This document shows positions 37,941-50,965 of a DNA stretch of 64,000 nt, piece by piece. This stretch comes from Vicugna vicugna (taxonomy: Eukaryota): the NCBI GenBank assembly GCA_013265495.1, contig MU058528.1, forward strand, positions 186,001 to 250,000, written 5' to 3'. Positions within the stretch are counted from its first letter, which is position 1. Each line of letters begins with the position of its first letter. The notes below the pieces were generated by a model. The model made no database searches. It saw nothing but the letters and a program-made list of their open reading frames with translations, and was not told the DNA's origin. The translations under genes were made by a program, and so were the position numbers.

Positions 37941-38967
37941 TAATAGTTTCTTTTTTTATTGTCTGGTTTAGTCATTTTTGCTCAACATAATGTAAATGCC
38001 ATCCTAAAAAAAGAGTGACTACATCTTTCTAAATCTTTATGTTACTGACAAAAGTTAATTTAACTAGAAGCAAGTGGAATCTAACTTGTTAGTCTGCATA
38101 TTTGGTGTAAATATTAGAACTGTGTATTTTAAATTTTTAGCCTTAGGTATATGCTTCAGATATAATCTGTTTTAAGTATTGCTGAAAGTAGCTATTTGAA
38201 CGGAAGCACAATGAGGTCCAGGTGCTCCTTTTAACATTAAAGAAATGCTTTTGAAAAGTCTGGTATAGGTATCATTTTATGCCACTGAAGTTTTAAGATC
38301 ATTTAGACCTTTTGAGAGTAAGAAGAGACACTTTTAATAATTACGTCAAGAAACATGCATAAACCTGGACTTTAAAAAGGCAAACTAGCATATGTGTATA
38401 CATCTTCTAATTGAGTTTTAAAATAATTATGTATATAATACAAAATAAACACAAAATAATGGAAAGCACAAAAAACTACATAAAATAATTACAGAGGTTC
38501 TTAGACCTCATTTAACTTTACATCTGATTTAGTGTTTAGCACATACATAGTTTTCTACGAGGCTTGGTTAATCCATGTGATAAACTGGAGCCAGAAACAG
38601 ATAGAAGTCTTCCTATTGTCTTCCTTGTTGAACAGTGCCTGAATGGTTCCTGCTATTAAAACCTCATCGTTAAGAATCCCATGGGAAAATCAAAAGAGGT
38701 TAAAAGCACAATAACCAGTGCTGGACTTCATTCCCAAGGATGCTGTACTTTATGAGATGGGCACCAACCATCAACTCTTGCTCTCACTGTACAGGTAGTA
38801 AGAGAAGCCACTATAAGTACAATAGGAAAAAAAAGAAAAAGAAAAAGGAAACAAGACAGAAAATCTTCAGAAACGTTTTGTGCCCTGATTTAAGAAATCC
38901 AGCATACAATTGTAAAAGCAGAGTCATTTAAAGTAATCATTTTCTTTAATATAAGGCAAGGTTAATT

Positions 38968-39126
38968 TTTTTTAAAACTGAAGTACCATCAGTTACAATG
39001 TGTCAGATTCTGTGTACAGTACAATGTCCCAGTCATGCATATATATACACATATACATTTTCATATTTTTATTAAAGATTATTACAAGATATTGAGCATA
39101 GTTCCCTGAGCTATACAGCAGAAACT
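38968..39126 (-). mobile_element. Very short L1 3' end
   Basis: Poly(T) plus L1 3' UTR; perfect 14-bp TSD AGGCAAGGTTAATT at 38954-38967 and 39127-39140. Confidence 0.9.
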
Positions 39127-39394
39127 AGGCAAGGTTAATTCTTGATTAATCAGGATAATGGTGGTAAAATGTTATGGACATCCAAGTCTACAGTTAGAAT
39201 AAAACACAATAAAATGATTACAAACTTATGTCATTAAAATTGCATTAGATGTTTGAAAATACATTCAGTATTTTAAGGTTACTATTCATGTATGAAAATA
39301 TTAGACAAAATAGCTTAGGAATATGAAACATACACTTTTCTTTTGAAAAATACCCACAATTCTCTATCGGTTGAGAATACCTGTTATTACCTGT

Positions 39395-39535
39395 TTTTCA
39401 TTTTTTCCTGTCTCTCTCTTTTTCTACACTTCCACCATCACTCCCCGCCTTCTCTAGCCTCTTCTCCCCCTCTTCTCTTCTTTCTCTCTTTTCTCTTCCC
39501 TCTCTCCCCTCCCTTACTACTCTCTCCCTCTTTCT
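39395..39535. repeat. CT-rich low-complexity polypyrimidine tract
   Basis: Almost pure C/T for about 140 bp. Confidence 0.9.
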
Positions 39536-40921
39536 AATTGAAATGAGACCTGATCTGAGTAGAGGTGCACAGATATGTGCATACTCCCTTCCTCTCCTAT
39601 TCAACCCTCATTTTTGCCTCAGTAGCTTCTGTCTCTGCTGTGTGGCTGTGCAGTGCTTTCTGGCTACTTGATAGAGGATGACATACTTGTGCATGGCAGT
39701 GAATACAAGCTGGTGTCTATCATTGTGGTGTAGGCCCAGGTGACAGGTAAGCTTCCTAATTTAGCTGTCTCTGTGTGTGGAAAGGGTAGTGACAGGGAGG
39801 GTAGGGGAGGTGAGGGGATGTTCTCCTGGGAATGGTGCAGGGCTGAGCCAGGGCTCTGTGGGGATGTTATAGTACAGTGTAGGGGCTACTTTCTTAGCAC
39901 AGTGCACGTTTTGTCCTTACACATGCCCTGGTGTCAGGATGAGACTCTGGTCAGTTTCTTACTACACCCATTCATGCAGCTTTCAATCCATGATCCAGTG
40001 ATATTTTATGATGCTTTTTATAATGCCAACAAATTCTTACCCATCACTAGATACCCTTTGATCTTTACCTCTACCAGATTCTTGAAGGTAACTGAAATGC
40101 CATGAAATTGGATTTTTATTATTCTAATGCTCTTCTATACTTAGGTCCAGAATTATCATGTCCACATCTTTTTATCAGCTATTACAGATCAACATGGTCC
40201 TCCAGATCACAACATAAGTGGTAGAAAGAGAGGTCCAAATGGAGTTAAGCATGGTCCATTGCAGAACCCCCTCACCCAGGGTGGTTGGGTATGGTGCACA
40301 TTGGCTGCAGGCATGCTGGAATGTGTAGCTCTCCCTGGCCCAGAGAGTCACAGCTCTGAGAACATGGCCAAAGCATGCATCATCAGTGCCCTGGAATACA
40401 AATGATCCCAATCACTATTCAGAATCAACTGCTTTTTTACATGTTTTGTTTTGTATGTGTGCAAACATATATGGCATTCCTATAGTAGATGCTGTCCAGC
40501 AGCCTCTTTCTTATCCGTGCCTCCTCCTCTTGCCCACTCCCATATACTTCCTTGCATTCATATCTATCCTTAGTATATTTCCATCTCAGTTGAAGAAGAC
40601 TTTCAGCTTAAACTTTCCTCCCTAGGGTTTCTGGGATAAACACCTTCTTTTCCTCGGGGACTTCATTTGATTATTTCCCAAAGGGTGGGGTGTGCTTCTA
40701 CACCAACAAAGCTTGGTGGTGGTAGCAAATACTCAGCTAAATATTGAAGGCAATGTCTCCATTTTCCTTATTGCTTGATATTGAGAGATTCTCTTGCTTC
40801 TCTTTTGTCTCTAGAGCTTGCTGCAAATGGACTCTTTGAGGATCCAGATTTTTGGGGGGCAGCTGCTAAGAGTAACTCTTGGAATATGCTGTTCACTCTG
40901 TTGACGGCTTATCTCTCCTAA

Positions 40922-41427
40922 TGTTACCAAGTCCAGGCTCCTACTGCTCACCACATGTCAAGCCAATAAATTGACAGATGAGTTGTTAGAGCAAGGAATA
41001 GTGACAGATTCTGTCTGTTAGAGCAGACAGAGAAGATGGTGGACTAGTGTCCCAAAGTACCATCTTCCCTGAGTTAGAATTCAGGCTTCTTTTACACTAA
41101 AAAGGGGAAGGGGTGTAATTCATTGTTGTAAACTTCTTGGTGTTGGAAGGCTTTGTTCTTGCAGCTGTCCACATACATCAGGTCATGATGTTTCTGTAAA
41201 CCTCCAACAAGACAAATGTTGTTCTCTGTTCTGCAATGTTTTGTCCGTATATGAAAGGAAAAGCATTACATCTTTAAAAGTCAGAGTGTTGAGAAAGGGC
41301 TACCCTGTATACCTGTATATTTCAAGCTATAGGCAGCATTCTTCACTTGTAGCAAAAGTAGTAGATTACAAAGGTAAATGTAAAAGAAACATCCAATATG
41401 GAGTCAGATTTGTTCTTCCCAATTACA
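40922..41427 (-). mobile_element. Complete solo LTR, class I ERV (506 bp)
   Basis: TGTTACC...ATTACA termini with 4-bp TSD CTAA (40918-40921 and 41428-41431); a 4-bp TSD is typical of gamma-like ERVs. Orientation inferred from recalled family similarity. Confidence 0.88.
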
Positions 41428-44099
41428 CTAATTTTTTCCTCCAGCAGCTCTGAGCTATTGAGAGTAGAAAATTGTCTATAGAGGGGAACTAGAGCTTCTT
41501 ATGTCTTTCCTCATAGTCCCAAACACTAAATCTGAATTTTATTTTGTTTTGGGTAAAAAGCATAAGATAGCGGGAGGCACAAAAACAAGCAAATAATTAA
41601 CACAAAACAACCACAGGCTCACATACTTGAACCTTACCCCAGTAATTCAGAACATGTTTTCAGTCTTGTAAAAGTAGTAAATGGCTTAAATGGATTTTAC
41701 TGACATTTAAAAACAAGCTGATCTCTGTAAGTTGTAAGTGAGAAAAGGATTGCAAGTCACACGTTGGTTTTTGTAGCTACATATCCACACATGGATTCTA
41801 CTGCCAGCAGCATCATCAAAAGAAAGTTAATATTTGTATTGTAATTAAATCTAAGAGCGATAATCATCTCAGGAGAGATTTATCATAGTCTGCCGCTCTT
41901 AATGTTCTTCGCTGTTACATATCAGTGAACATAAGGAAACTTTTTTTTTCATTGGAATAAGAACAACCTCAAGCAAAATCATAGCACAGCAGGAAGAAGA
42001 TTGTAGAAAGGAAAGACTGAGCATGGAAAAGGGACCTGAAAGATTGAAGACAAGACTATGCAAATAATTAGTTTAAGATGAGTCAAAGCTGGAGTTAAGA
42101 TGGTGACAAGTGCTCACTGGTTACCTGATCTGATGCCCAGTTATATATTTTATGTCTCATTTTCTTTAATGATCACATCAGCTCTACAAGGTAGATATTG
42201 TGCTTCCAATATTTATAGAGGAGGAGCTGAGATTCAGAGCAGGACAATTGGTGGCAAGATTTGAGGCTAGGTCTCTGACTTCTGGCCTGTTTCTTTTGAC
42301 TTTCTCAAAAAAAGTAAGACTGAACAGACAACTAAAGATTTGGCTTACCCTATGATCTCCAATCTCCTTCAGCTCTGACTTTCTACTTAAAATTTCTATG
42401 TACATTTTCTTTTATATTTTCAAGATAATTTAGTCAATAGTTATGTAAAACTGTGAGGGACAATTTTAGATTCATTGAAAGCATTTTATATGGTGTCATT
42501 CAAATCAACAGCCAAAACTATCAGAAACCTCCATTTCAAAGATAAATTAGTGTCATCTTTAAAACTGAGAATCTCAGCATTAAAGAAGTTGTTCTAGCTT
42601 CTAGTGATTTAGGTAAATTGTCAGCAAATTTAAGAGTCCCTCTTTTTAAAATAATTTCAACGCCTATTTCTCAAGTTTGATATCATTACATTTCTTGCTA
42701 TGTGTTCTGGAAACTGATTTATATTTTTAAAAAGTTTAAGAGCCTGAAAAATAGTTTTCGAATGATTACAAAACACCAGGTCACATTTTTACTGGAGAAA
42801 GGCTTGAGTAAGCACATGCTATTTCATTTTACCAGCCCTCCTGCCAGTATTATTGGTGAGGGTGGATAAGAGAGACCCCTAATTGTAACACAAATGCTTG
42901 TGGCCCAGGCGGGGTGCATTGCTAGCATGCTTCTGGGCAGACGAGGGATACTGAATTCATGAGAACTTGTCTAAACGTCCTATTTCCTAAGCAAGGTCTA
43001 TGATTTCTAAATAACTGGTTTCTTCTTTAATCTAGCATTCCACCAGGAGCACATCATGACATCTCTGATTTATCAGTCCATTTATTTCTGAGTTTATATA
43101 CAGTGACTTTCATCCAAAGTTCTAGACACTGAATAAGCATCAGAAAGAGATTGTCTGAAAAACCACTTTTGAACAACATGCACAATATAAAATGATTTAA
43201 AAAAAACTTCATGTCATTAGTTCACCACAGTCCTCTAAAGATAAATTATGTGGTTCATTTTTGTGGAATTACATATGAGTGTAAATACGTTTATTTTAAT
43301 CTACATCTGTATATGGAGAAAAATTACTACTCCATTGCTGTGGACACTAGAGGGCTGAGGAATTCATCTTCTTTCTATCACAAGCTGGGTGGGTGCCCTG
43401 AGCAAGGTAATGAACGTCTCTGAGCTTTGGATTCCCATTCTGAGTTGTTCAAAGTATACGGGGTTGGACCAATTTCAAACTCTTGTCTTCTCCCCTCTTT
43501 ACCCTTGTCAAATGCTCTGCACTTTTCTATTTCTCTGTTTTGGATATCACTGATTCCTCTCTCTGGACCACCTTCTCCCCTAGTCAGAATCCTACCCATG
43601 ATTTCTTTCAGAGAATCAATAAGAAAGGAGGTGTTCCAATGAGAAAGTACAAATTATACATGGATCATTGGGAAATAGTAAGTTAACCAGACCTTAGGCC
43701 CTGAAATGGTGTCATTCAGTTATCAAATACTTAGTGAGCAATTGCTATGTGCCATGAACTGAGCTGAAGACATGACTGGGAAACCAAACACCAGCCTTCA
43801 TGTTGCTTACAAAGCAGTGTGGAGGGCAGTGAGTGGGTCAATAGAAGTTTATATAGTTCCTCTGTGGAGTCTTAAAGGATGGTGTAGATAATAGTTTTCC
43901 AAAGTGATAAAAGAGGAAGATTTTCCTGATAGTCAAACACAAATATTCAGTGAAGTCAGCTGTGCCACTACAGACACTAAGTGATGAGGAAATGCTTGTA
44001 TCCCTAGCTTCATGAGCCAGGATGAAATCTCACCAAATTAAAGTGCTTGTTGGGGCTTCTAAGTCAGGTAGATCACCTAACCCAATATAGCAACTAAAA

Positions 44100-45480
44100 A
44101 TTACTTACATTTTCATCAAAGAGATAAACGCACAGACTTTAAAAATCAAATGATACTTCAAAGTTTATAAGAACAAACAGAAGCCTCTTACCAGACCCTA
44201 TCCATCATCTGGTCTCGCTACAACAGGCAACCACTGGTGAACACTTTCAATGCTTAAAGCAGTTTATTATGGTATTTATTTACATATTTGAAAATAAAAT
44301 ACTTATATTGTTATTTATTCATTTATTAATTTTAAGTGTTATGTTGCACTACTTATTAAACAATGAGTGCTCACTTTTCTAGTAACACCACCTTGTTGTA
44401 CCTTCCAAAAAGTTATATCATGACGATTGATTGAATCAATATCCAGTGTTTATATCCTTAGGACATTAACGTGACATATTACTGCTAAGTGAAGTGATGT
44501 GTTCCACAGACATTTGCTTTTTTATACAACTTTGTTTTCCCTGGAGTTAATAGTTGTTTCACATTTTCATTTGTTTAGTTTTCTATGTATTTCTTTCATT
44601 CTAGGTATTTAGAATCAGATGTAGTTAGCATGACAGATAAAAATAGCAGTGGCTTAAATAAGTAGTGTATTGATCCTTGGAAAACAGAATCCATAGGTGA
44701 GCAGTTCAGAGCTGTTGGGGCAGCACTGTGGTATCAGTGTTTAAGGTTTCTCCGTTTATCTTACTGCACTTTCATTTTCAATATATACATAAGGCTTGTA
44801 CCTTATGATTCAAGACAGCTACTCAAGCTCCATCTATTTGCCCACCTTACATTCAGAAAAAGGGAGAAAGAAGAAAGTAAGAGCAGACCTCCTTTCTTTG
44901 AGGATACTTTCCAGGAGTTTCAAACATCACTTTCACTTACATTCTGTTGGCCAGAGCTTAGTCCCATAGCTACCCCCACATGCAAAGAAAGCTAGTAAAC
45001 ATCCTTCTCACTCCAAGAAGCTATGTGAGCAAGAATATGAGAAAGGAAATTGTGGGATGTTTAGAAGTCTCTGCCACATGTCACAAATATTCCAATAAAA
45101 TTGTAGAACTTTCCAACATTATTATATTTCACAGTCTTGTGCACAGTAGATAATCTGTCAATGTCTTTATACCTAAAGAATTTCCTCTAGGAGATTTCCA
45201 TTCCTTCACTCCACATTGGCCTGATTATTCTTGAGGCCTGATAGCAGACTGGAACTTTCCCTACTAACACCCCACCTGAGAGCTCTTGTTTCTTAGCTTC
45301 TGTGTTTTCTTCCTTCTGTTTTCTCATTCATTTTGGCAAAACACATCCTTCCACAGTTTCCTGAGAAAGGGTACATGAAAGATACACTTTTGTGTGTGTG
45401 TGATTTAGCACATGGGGATTATGTCATTATTCTAGCCTCAGATTTAATTGAGATTTAATTGTTACTCAAAGTTTTGAAGA
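44100..45480 (-). mobile_element. Very old L1ME/HAL1-like fragment, interrupted by an MLT1J-like LTR (about 44620-45075)
   Basis: CAGGCAACCACT; TTGTTTTCCCTGGAGTTAATAGTTG; CAGTTTCCTGAGAAAGGGTACATG; MLT1 motif TTCTGTTGGCCAGAGCTTAGTCCCATAGCTACCCCCACATGCAAAGAAAGCT. Confidence 0.5.
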
Positions 45481-45749
45481 GAAAGATTAAGCAATGAAAT
45501 TAAGCTAGAGAAATTTTGGAAGATGGAGGCAACTGCATAGTTTTAAAATTTCACTGAATTTCCTAAATGAAACAAGTAGAAAACCAGGATGGAAAAGTTA
45601 AAATGCAATGAACAACCTTTAAAACAAAGTTAGGTGACAAAGTATTTCAGAAAATAACAAAACATGAGTAAATAGGAACAAACCATTGATAGCTGCAGAA
45701 CCCGTGTGGTATCAGAAGCAATTCAAGAGGAAAAAGAGGGATGATAGGG

Positions 45750-47081
45750 ACCTGTACTCTGAAAAATAAAGACACTACTGAAAGAAATTGAAGGTGACAT
45801 AAACAGATGGAAAGATATACCATGTTCTTGGATTGGAAGAATCAATATTGTTAAAGGCAATATACAGATTCAGTGCAATCCCTATCAAATTACTAATGAC
45901 ATTTTTCACAAAGCTGGAACAAACAATGTTAACATTTGTGTGGAAACACCAAAGACCCCAAATAGCCAAAACAATCTTGAAAAAGAAATACAAAGCTGGA
46001 GGAATCACACTCCCTGACTTCAGACTACACTGCAAAGCTACAATAATCGAAACAGTATGGCCATAGCACAAAAACAGACACATAGATCAATGAACAGGAT
46101 TGAAAGTCCAGAAAGAAACCCATTCACTTGTGTTCAATTATATCTATGACAAGGAGGCAAGAATACACAGTGGAGAAAAGACAGCCTCTTCAGTGAGTGG
46201 TGTTGGCAAAACTAGACAGGTATCTGTAAAAGACTGAAATTAGAACATTCTCTAACACAATATATAAAAATAAACTCAAAATGGCTTAAAAACCTAAGTG
46301 TAAGACCAGATACTATAAAACGTCTAGAGGAAAACAGAGGCAGAGTACTCTTTGACATAAATCACAGCAATATTTTTTTCAAACTAGCTCCTAGAGTAAT
46401 GGAAATAAAAGTACATATAAACAAATGGGATTTCATCAAGCTTAAAAGTATTTGCACAGCTAAGGATACCATCAACCAAATGAAAAGACAACCTATGGAA
46501 TGGGAGAAAATATTTGTAAAAGATATGACCTACAAGGGACTAATTTCCAAAATATACAAACAGCACGTACAGCTTAATATGAAAAAAATAAGCAACCCAA
46601 TCAAGAAATGAGCAGAAGACCTAAATAGACATCTCTCCAAAGAAGACATACATACAGCCAACAAGTACATGAAAAGATGCTCAGCATCACTATTTGTCAG
46701 AGAAATGCAAATCAAAACTACAGTGAGATTATCACCTCACACCGGGCAGAATGGCCATCATTAAAAAGTCTTCAAGTGATAAATGCTGGAGAGAGAGAGT
46801 GAAGAAAAAGGAAGCCTCCTGCATTGTTGGTGGGAATGTAAATTTGCGCAGCCACTATAGAGGACTGTATGAAGGTCCCTTAAAAAACCAAAAACAGACT
46901 TACCATATGATCCAGCAATCCCACTCCTGGGCATATATTTGGAGGAAATATAATTTGAAAAGACACATGCACCCCAGTGTTCATAGCAGCACTATTTATA
47001 ATAGCAAAGACGTGGAAACAACCCAAATGTCCTTTGACAGATGACTGGATAAAGAAGAAATTGAAGATGACATAAATAGAT
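45750..47081 (+). mobile_element. L1 ORF2 3' third (post-RT to C-terminal region), no 3' UTR or poly(A)
   Basis: ORF remnants [13 protein letters not shown]...[28 protein letters not shown] and INKWDFIKLKSICTAKDTINQMKRQPMEWEKIF. Confidence 0.95.
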
Positions 47082-47084
47082 TGT

Positions 47085-47335
47085 TATTAAATAAGTTTTT
47101 ATAATTATTAGGAAGGAAGTAATAGTATTGTGGTTATGCATTAAAATCTGATGTATTCACAAATGATATATGTGGCCTAGATTTTATTCAAAATATTCAG
47201 AGAAAAGACAGAAATAAATGGGGAGTAAAAAGAAATAATACTCACAATAAGTAAAGAATTGTTGAAGCTAAGTGATTGGTACTTTGAGATACAATACATT
47301 ATGCTCTCTACTTTATATGTGCTTGAAATTTTCGA
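47085..47335 (+). mobile_element. L1ME-type 3' end
   Basis: AATTGTTGAAGCTAAGTGATTGGTAC...CATTATGCTCTCTACTTTATATGTGCTTGAAATTTTC. Confidence 0.65.
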
Positions 47336-47339
47336 TAGA

Positions 47340-48400
47340 TCAGAAGTTGACGTAAAATCTGTGACTGTTTTCTGTTGCCTTCCAATGTCCAGTGACACTG
47401 TTGGGGAGTCTCACACTATTTTTACCATCAGTACTTTTACAGAACCTTTTACATTTCTCTCTAGAAGCTCTTGGGATCTTACTCTTACACAAGGTGGTTT
47501 TAAATTTCACAATAACGTGCCTCCATCTGGGTCTTCTGCACCCAATGTACTTCACTTACTGAAACTTCAACCTAGAAACTCAGTTTTCAGTTCTGGCAAA
47601 TTTTTCTTTTGTTTTCTATTTGATGATTCACTTCTACCTGTTACATATTTTCGTGACGCTTATTAGTCACGTCAGATTCCTGCAGGGAGCTGTTTCTATT
47701 TATCATTTCTGTCTCATTATTAATCTCTTGTTCTTTAATTCTGCTTTCTGAAAAATTTTTAATTTTGTTTTCCAACCCTTGTATTGGATATTTTTCTCTC
47801 TTCCATTATAATTGTAATTTTAAGGGAGTTTTTTGTTTGTTTTTATGTTGCACCTTCTTTATTATCTTCTGCACCACAAATGCAATAAATAATTTTATGT
47901 TTCAGGGGTTGTTTTAGAAGTTCTTTTTCTTTGCATAGTGTCCATTTTATCTGAGAATTTTTTTGAGGGGGGAGGATACCCTCTCATACTAGAGGCTTTT
48001 CTCAAATATCTGGCAATCTCTGCCATTCAAATTTGAGAGTGAGAAACTAAAAATCATAGGATTCACGAGATCAAGAACATTGCTATTTTATTGTGGGACC
48101 ATTGGATGTCAGTTTCTGTAGCATTTTTGCTTGAATCCACCAATCTCTTCCTAGACAGTATAACCCTAGGTCCTGCATTCTGAGAGCCAAAGGGTGCAAA
48201 ATGAGGAGGAAGTTAGGTATCTCTCTGTTCTGAGTGTTAACTTTCATTAAATCCCCCTGAATTTAGTAGGTATGCTTCCCTCAGTTCTTCCTGGTATTTT
48301 CAAATACACAACTCCTATTTCGCACATGCTCCAGAGAATAATCATCCTGTCTACTGGGCTAGGGGAGATGATCTAGATCTTCTGTTGAATCTTTGAGACT
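47340..48400 (-). mobile_element. Very old L1/HAL1 ORF1-like region
   Basis: T-rich; minus-strand translation RPRWRHVIVKF resembles the ORF1 PRHIIVKF motif. Confidence 0.5.
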
Positions 48401-48954
48401 TTTGCTATCCCCACCTCCTCTGCCTTGAGATGCAGCTGAATCCTTCAATTCCTGAGACTGTTGGACCCACCTTCTCTTTTTTCAGATACACCAGAATCCT
48501 CTAATTCCTGAAACTTCTAGGACAAGAATAGTAAATATGTTTCAACATGTTCATGCCACATTTAACTGATAATGCTTCTCTCAAACACCGGATTTGGGTT
48601 CTGTTTGGGTAAGTTTCATGATACGATAGTTTAGGACTGATGAGCTTGCCAAGGGAAGGTTTTGAGGCAAGGGTTTCAAAGAAAGTCTCTGGGAGTAAAC
48701 AGTGATTTGATGGTATCAGTTGAAGAGTTGAGCAGTTTGACGTTCATTTATCTGCAACTCTTTTCCTCCCTGGGTGAAATTTTCTTGGAGTAGTAAAGTC
48801 GTGTTGAAGAGGACAGCCCAAGAGTAGTGCTCTCTTACTGAAGACAGTACACCAAAATGGTGTAGATGGTTTCATGTGTCACTAATAATAGTAAAGGAGA
48901 AGGATTCAAATATCCATTTCAGGAATCCGGCAGAAAAATATTGATTCTTGCTTT

Positions 48955-49300
48955 TATTAGGCAGGATTGTTTGGGTTATACTGCTGTAAAGATTCTCCAA
49001 TCTCAGTGGTTTAACGTAAGCTAGTGACGCTGCAGTCCCGTGTGGGTTGCTGGGAGGTGCTGTTTTATACAGCCCTGGGCTGGTAGAGGTTACTGCCTTT
49101 CAGTGATTTCCTCTTAAACTCAGGGACGGGTTGGGAAGAGGAAGAGAGCTCTGCACCTGTGATTAAATGGTTTCATCAAGGACGAAAACATACTACGTTT
49201 GCTCAAAACCTATTAGCTAGAACTAGTTACAGGGCTCTGTTAATTACTAAGGGACTGATAAATACACTCTTTCATGTACTTAGGAAGTAAATTACTGTCA
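48955..49300 (-). mobile_element. Old MaLR LTR (MLT1-like)
   Basis: GGGTTATACTGCTGTAAAG...AATCTCAGTGGTTTAAC...CTATTAGCTAGAACTAGTTACAGGGC. Confidence 0.55.
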
Positions 49301-50084
49301 GTTTATCACATTGCTTAAGAGACAGCTGAAGAGTTCTTAAATGATAGAATAGCACTTTAAACATTTTTACATTTCTTAAGTGCTGGGCTGTGTTTTTTTT
49401 TTTTTATCGATGTCCTGTTCTCATGGATTGCTCTTCATATTAAAACTCCAGTCTCAGGTTTTATAGGCAATGTTCTAAGAGGTCTTTCTTTTCATCTCCC
49501 ATTGATGAAGACATAAGGATAATAACACAGAGTTATTTTTTCATTTTTAATAAACTTGTCCTTGCTAGGCTTAAAAATGAGATTTTTGCAATAACTGGTA
49601 ATGTAGGACATGAAAAGAATGCTGAAATTTATATTGCAAAGTATCTAAACTTGGTTTAATCTCAGAGGAATCACTTACCTCCATCTCTCACACTAAATAA
49701 CGTTTCTCTTAAGGCATTTCCTCCACGAGACTAGTAAATGTTTTTGGTTCCGTCAGGACTCAGTTCTGAGCGATGTCACTGATGACACTGTCCAGACTGT
49801 CATGAAGATAGGACTAGAGAAAAGGAATGTCTATAATCACAGGCACAGGCACTCACACAACAGAGGACCTGTAATCCAATGTGGTCTTATGTAATATGCT
49901 CCATGTGTTGGAGAACAGTGTGACTCGGGTCTTAGTGATGATTTACCTACTTGTTTTTGGAACAGTATGAGCTTTGCATGATGTCTGTTAACAGGGTGTA
50001 TGTTTGAAATTACATGGCATTGGATTTTAGTGTCCATTCTCCTAGACAAAAATACAAAACATTTCCCTTTTAGAGCAGAGCTAA

Positions 50085-50328
50085 CAGCTAAAACTTCTGA
50101 GCACTTGTTATGTGCCAGAGAGGATAAGTGATGTATATGGGTAGCTCATTGAATTGGCAACACAGCCTGTGACAGTGGTACTAGTGTTATGTGCCCATTT
50201 GGAAGTGGGGAGACAGACTCCGGGGGGCTGAGTCACCTGCCCTGGCCACATAGTTGTAGGGGGGCTCTGGCTCAGGCATCTGACTCCAGAGCAGAATGCT
50301 TAGCCATGGCCAAAGCTCCTGCAGAGCT
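50085..50328 (-). mobile_element. MIR SINE
   Basis: CTGAGCACTTGTTATGTGCCAG...CCCATTTGGAAGTGGGGAGACAGAC...GTCACCTGCCCTGGCCACATAG...TCTGACTCCAGAGC. Confidence 0.8.
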
Positions 50329-50614
50329 GAAATTTCCTCACACATAACTTTGGCAGCTGGGTGTTCCATTGGAGTTTTATGAAAAGTGGGATTAGTACAG
50401 AGCATGGTATTTAGACACAATTGTAGACAACACTGAATGCTTAACGATATTTTCCCAAGCTCTGTAATTCCAAGACTCCGCAGGAAGACTAAAATGGACT
50501 TAAAAAAAAATCCCCAACTCTGTATCAAGGAAAGAAGATAAAACAAAAATGTGGTTCATTAGGTTAGAAGTTATACACTAGGCCTGAGGTTTAAGGTCCA
50601 AACTTTACTTGAAA

Positions 50615-50680
50615 AAGCAAACCAAAAACAAAACGACACAAAACAAAACAAAACAAAACCAAACACCCACAAACAAAAAC
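50615..50680. repeat. (CAAAA)n-type microsatellite
   Basis: Directly visible. Confidence 0.85.
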
Positions 50681-50965
50681 CCTTCTGACTCTGCCTGGTT
50701 TTCAATTCTGACCCTGTTATTCTCTTTCTGTATAGTCTTTGGTAAGTTAAATTCATTCAGTTTTAGTTAACATGACTAAAAAACAAGGTTTTAACTACCT
50801 CTAATAGCTCACTTAGTTTCTGGGATAACCAGTTGCGGTAAACAATGATACCACAAAGCTCATGTGTAATTATTTTCCTGGTTCTCCTCCTTCCATCCCT
50901 CACCTCCTTCTCTTTCTCCTCCTCTTCCTTTTCTTTATCATCATTTGCACATATTTTCTTCTAAC

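Noticed and set aside
48486..48608. Plus-strand AG...GTAAGT exon-like unit
   Set aside because: Stops in all three frames and the acceptor lies at the edge of a decayed repeat; probably a pseudo-exon.
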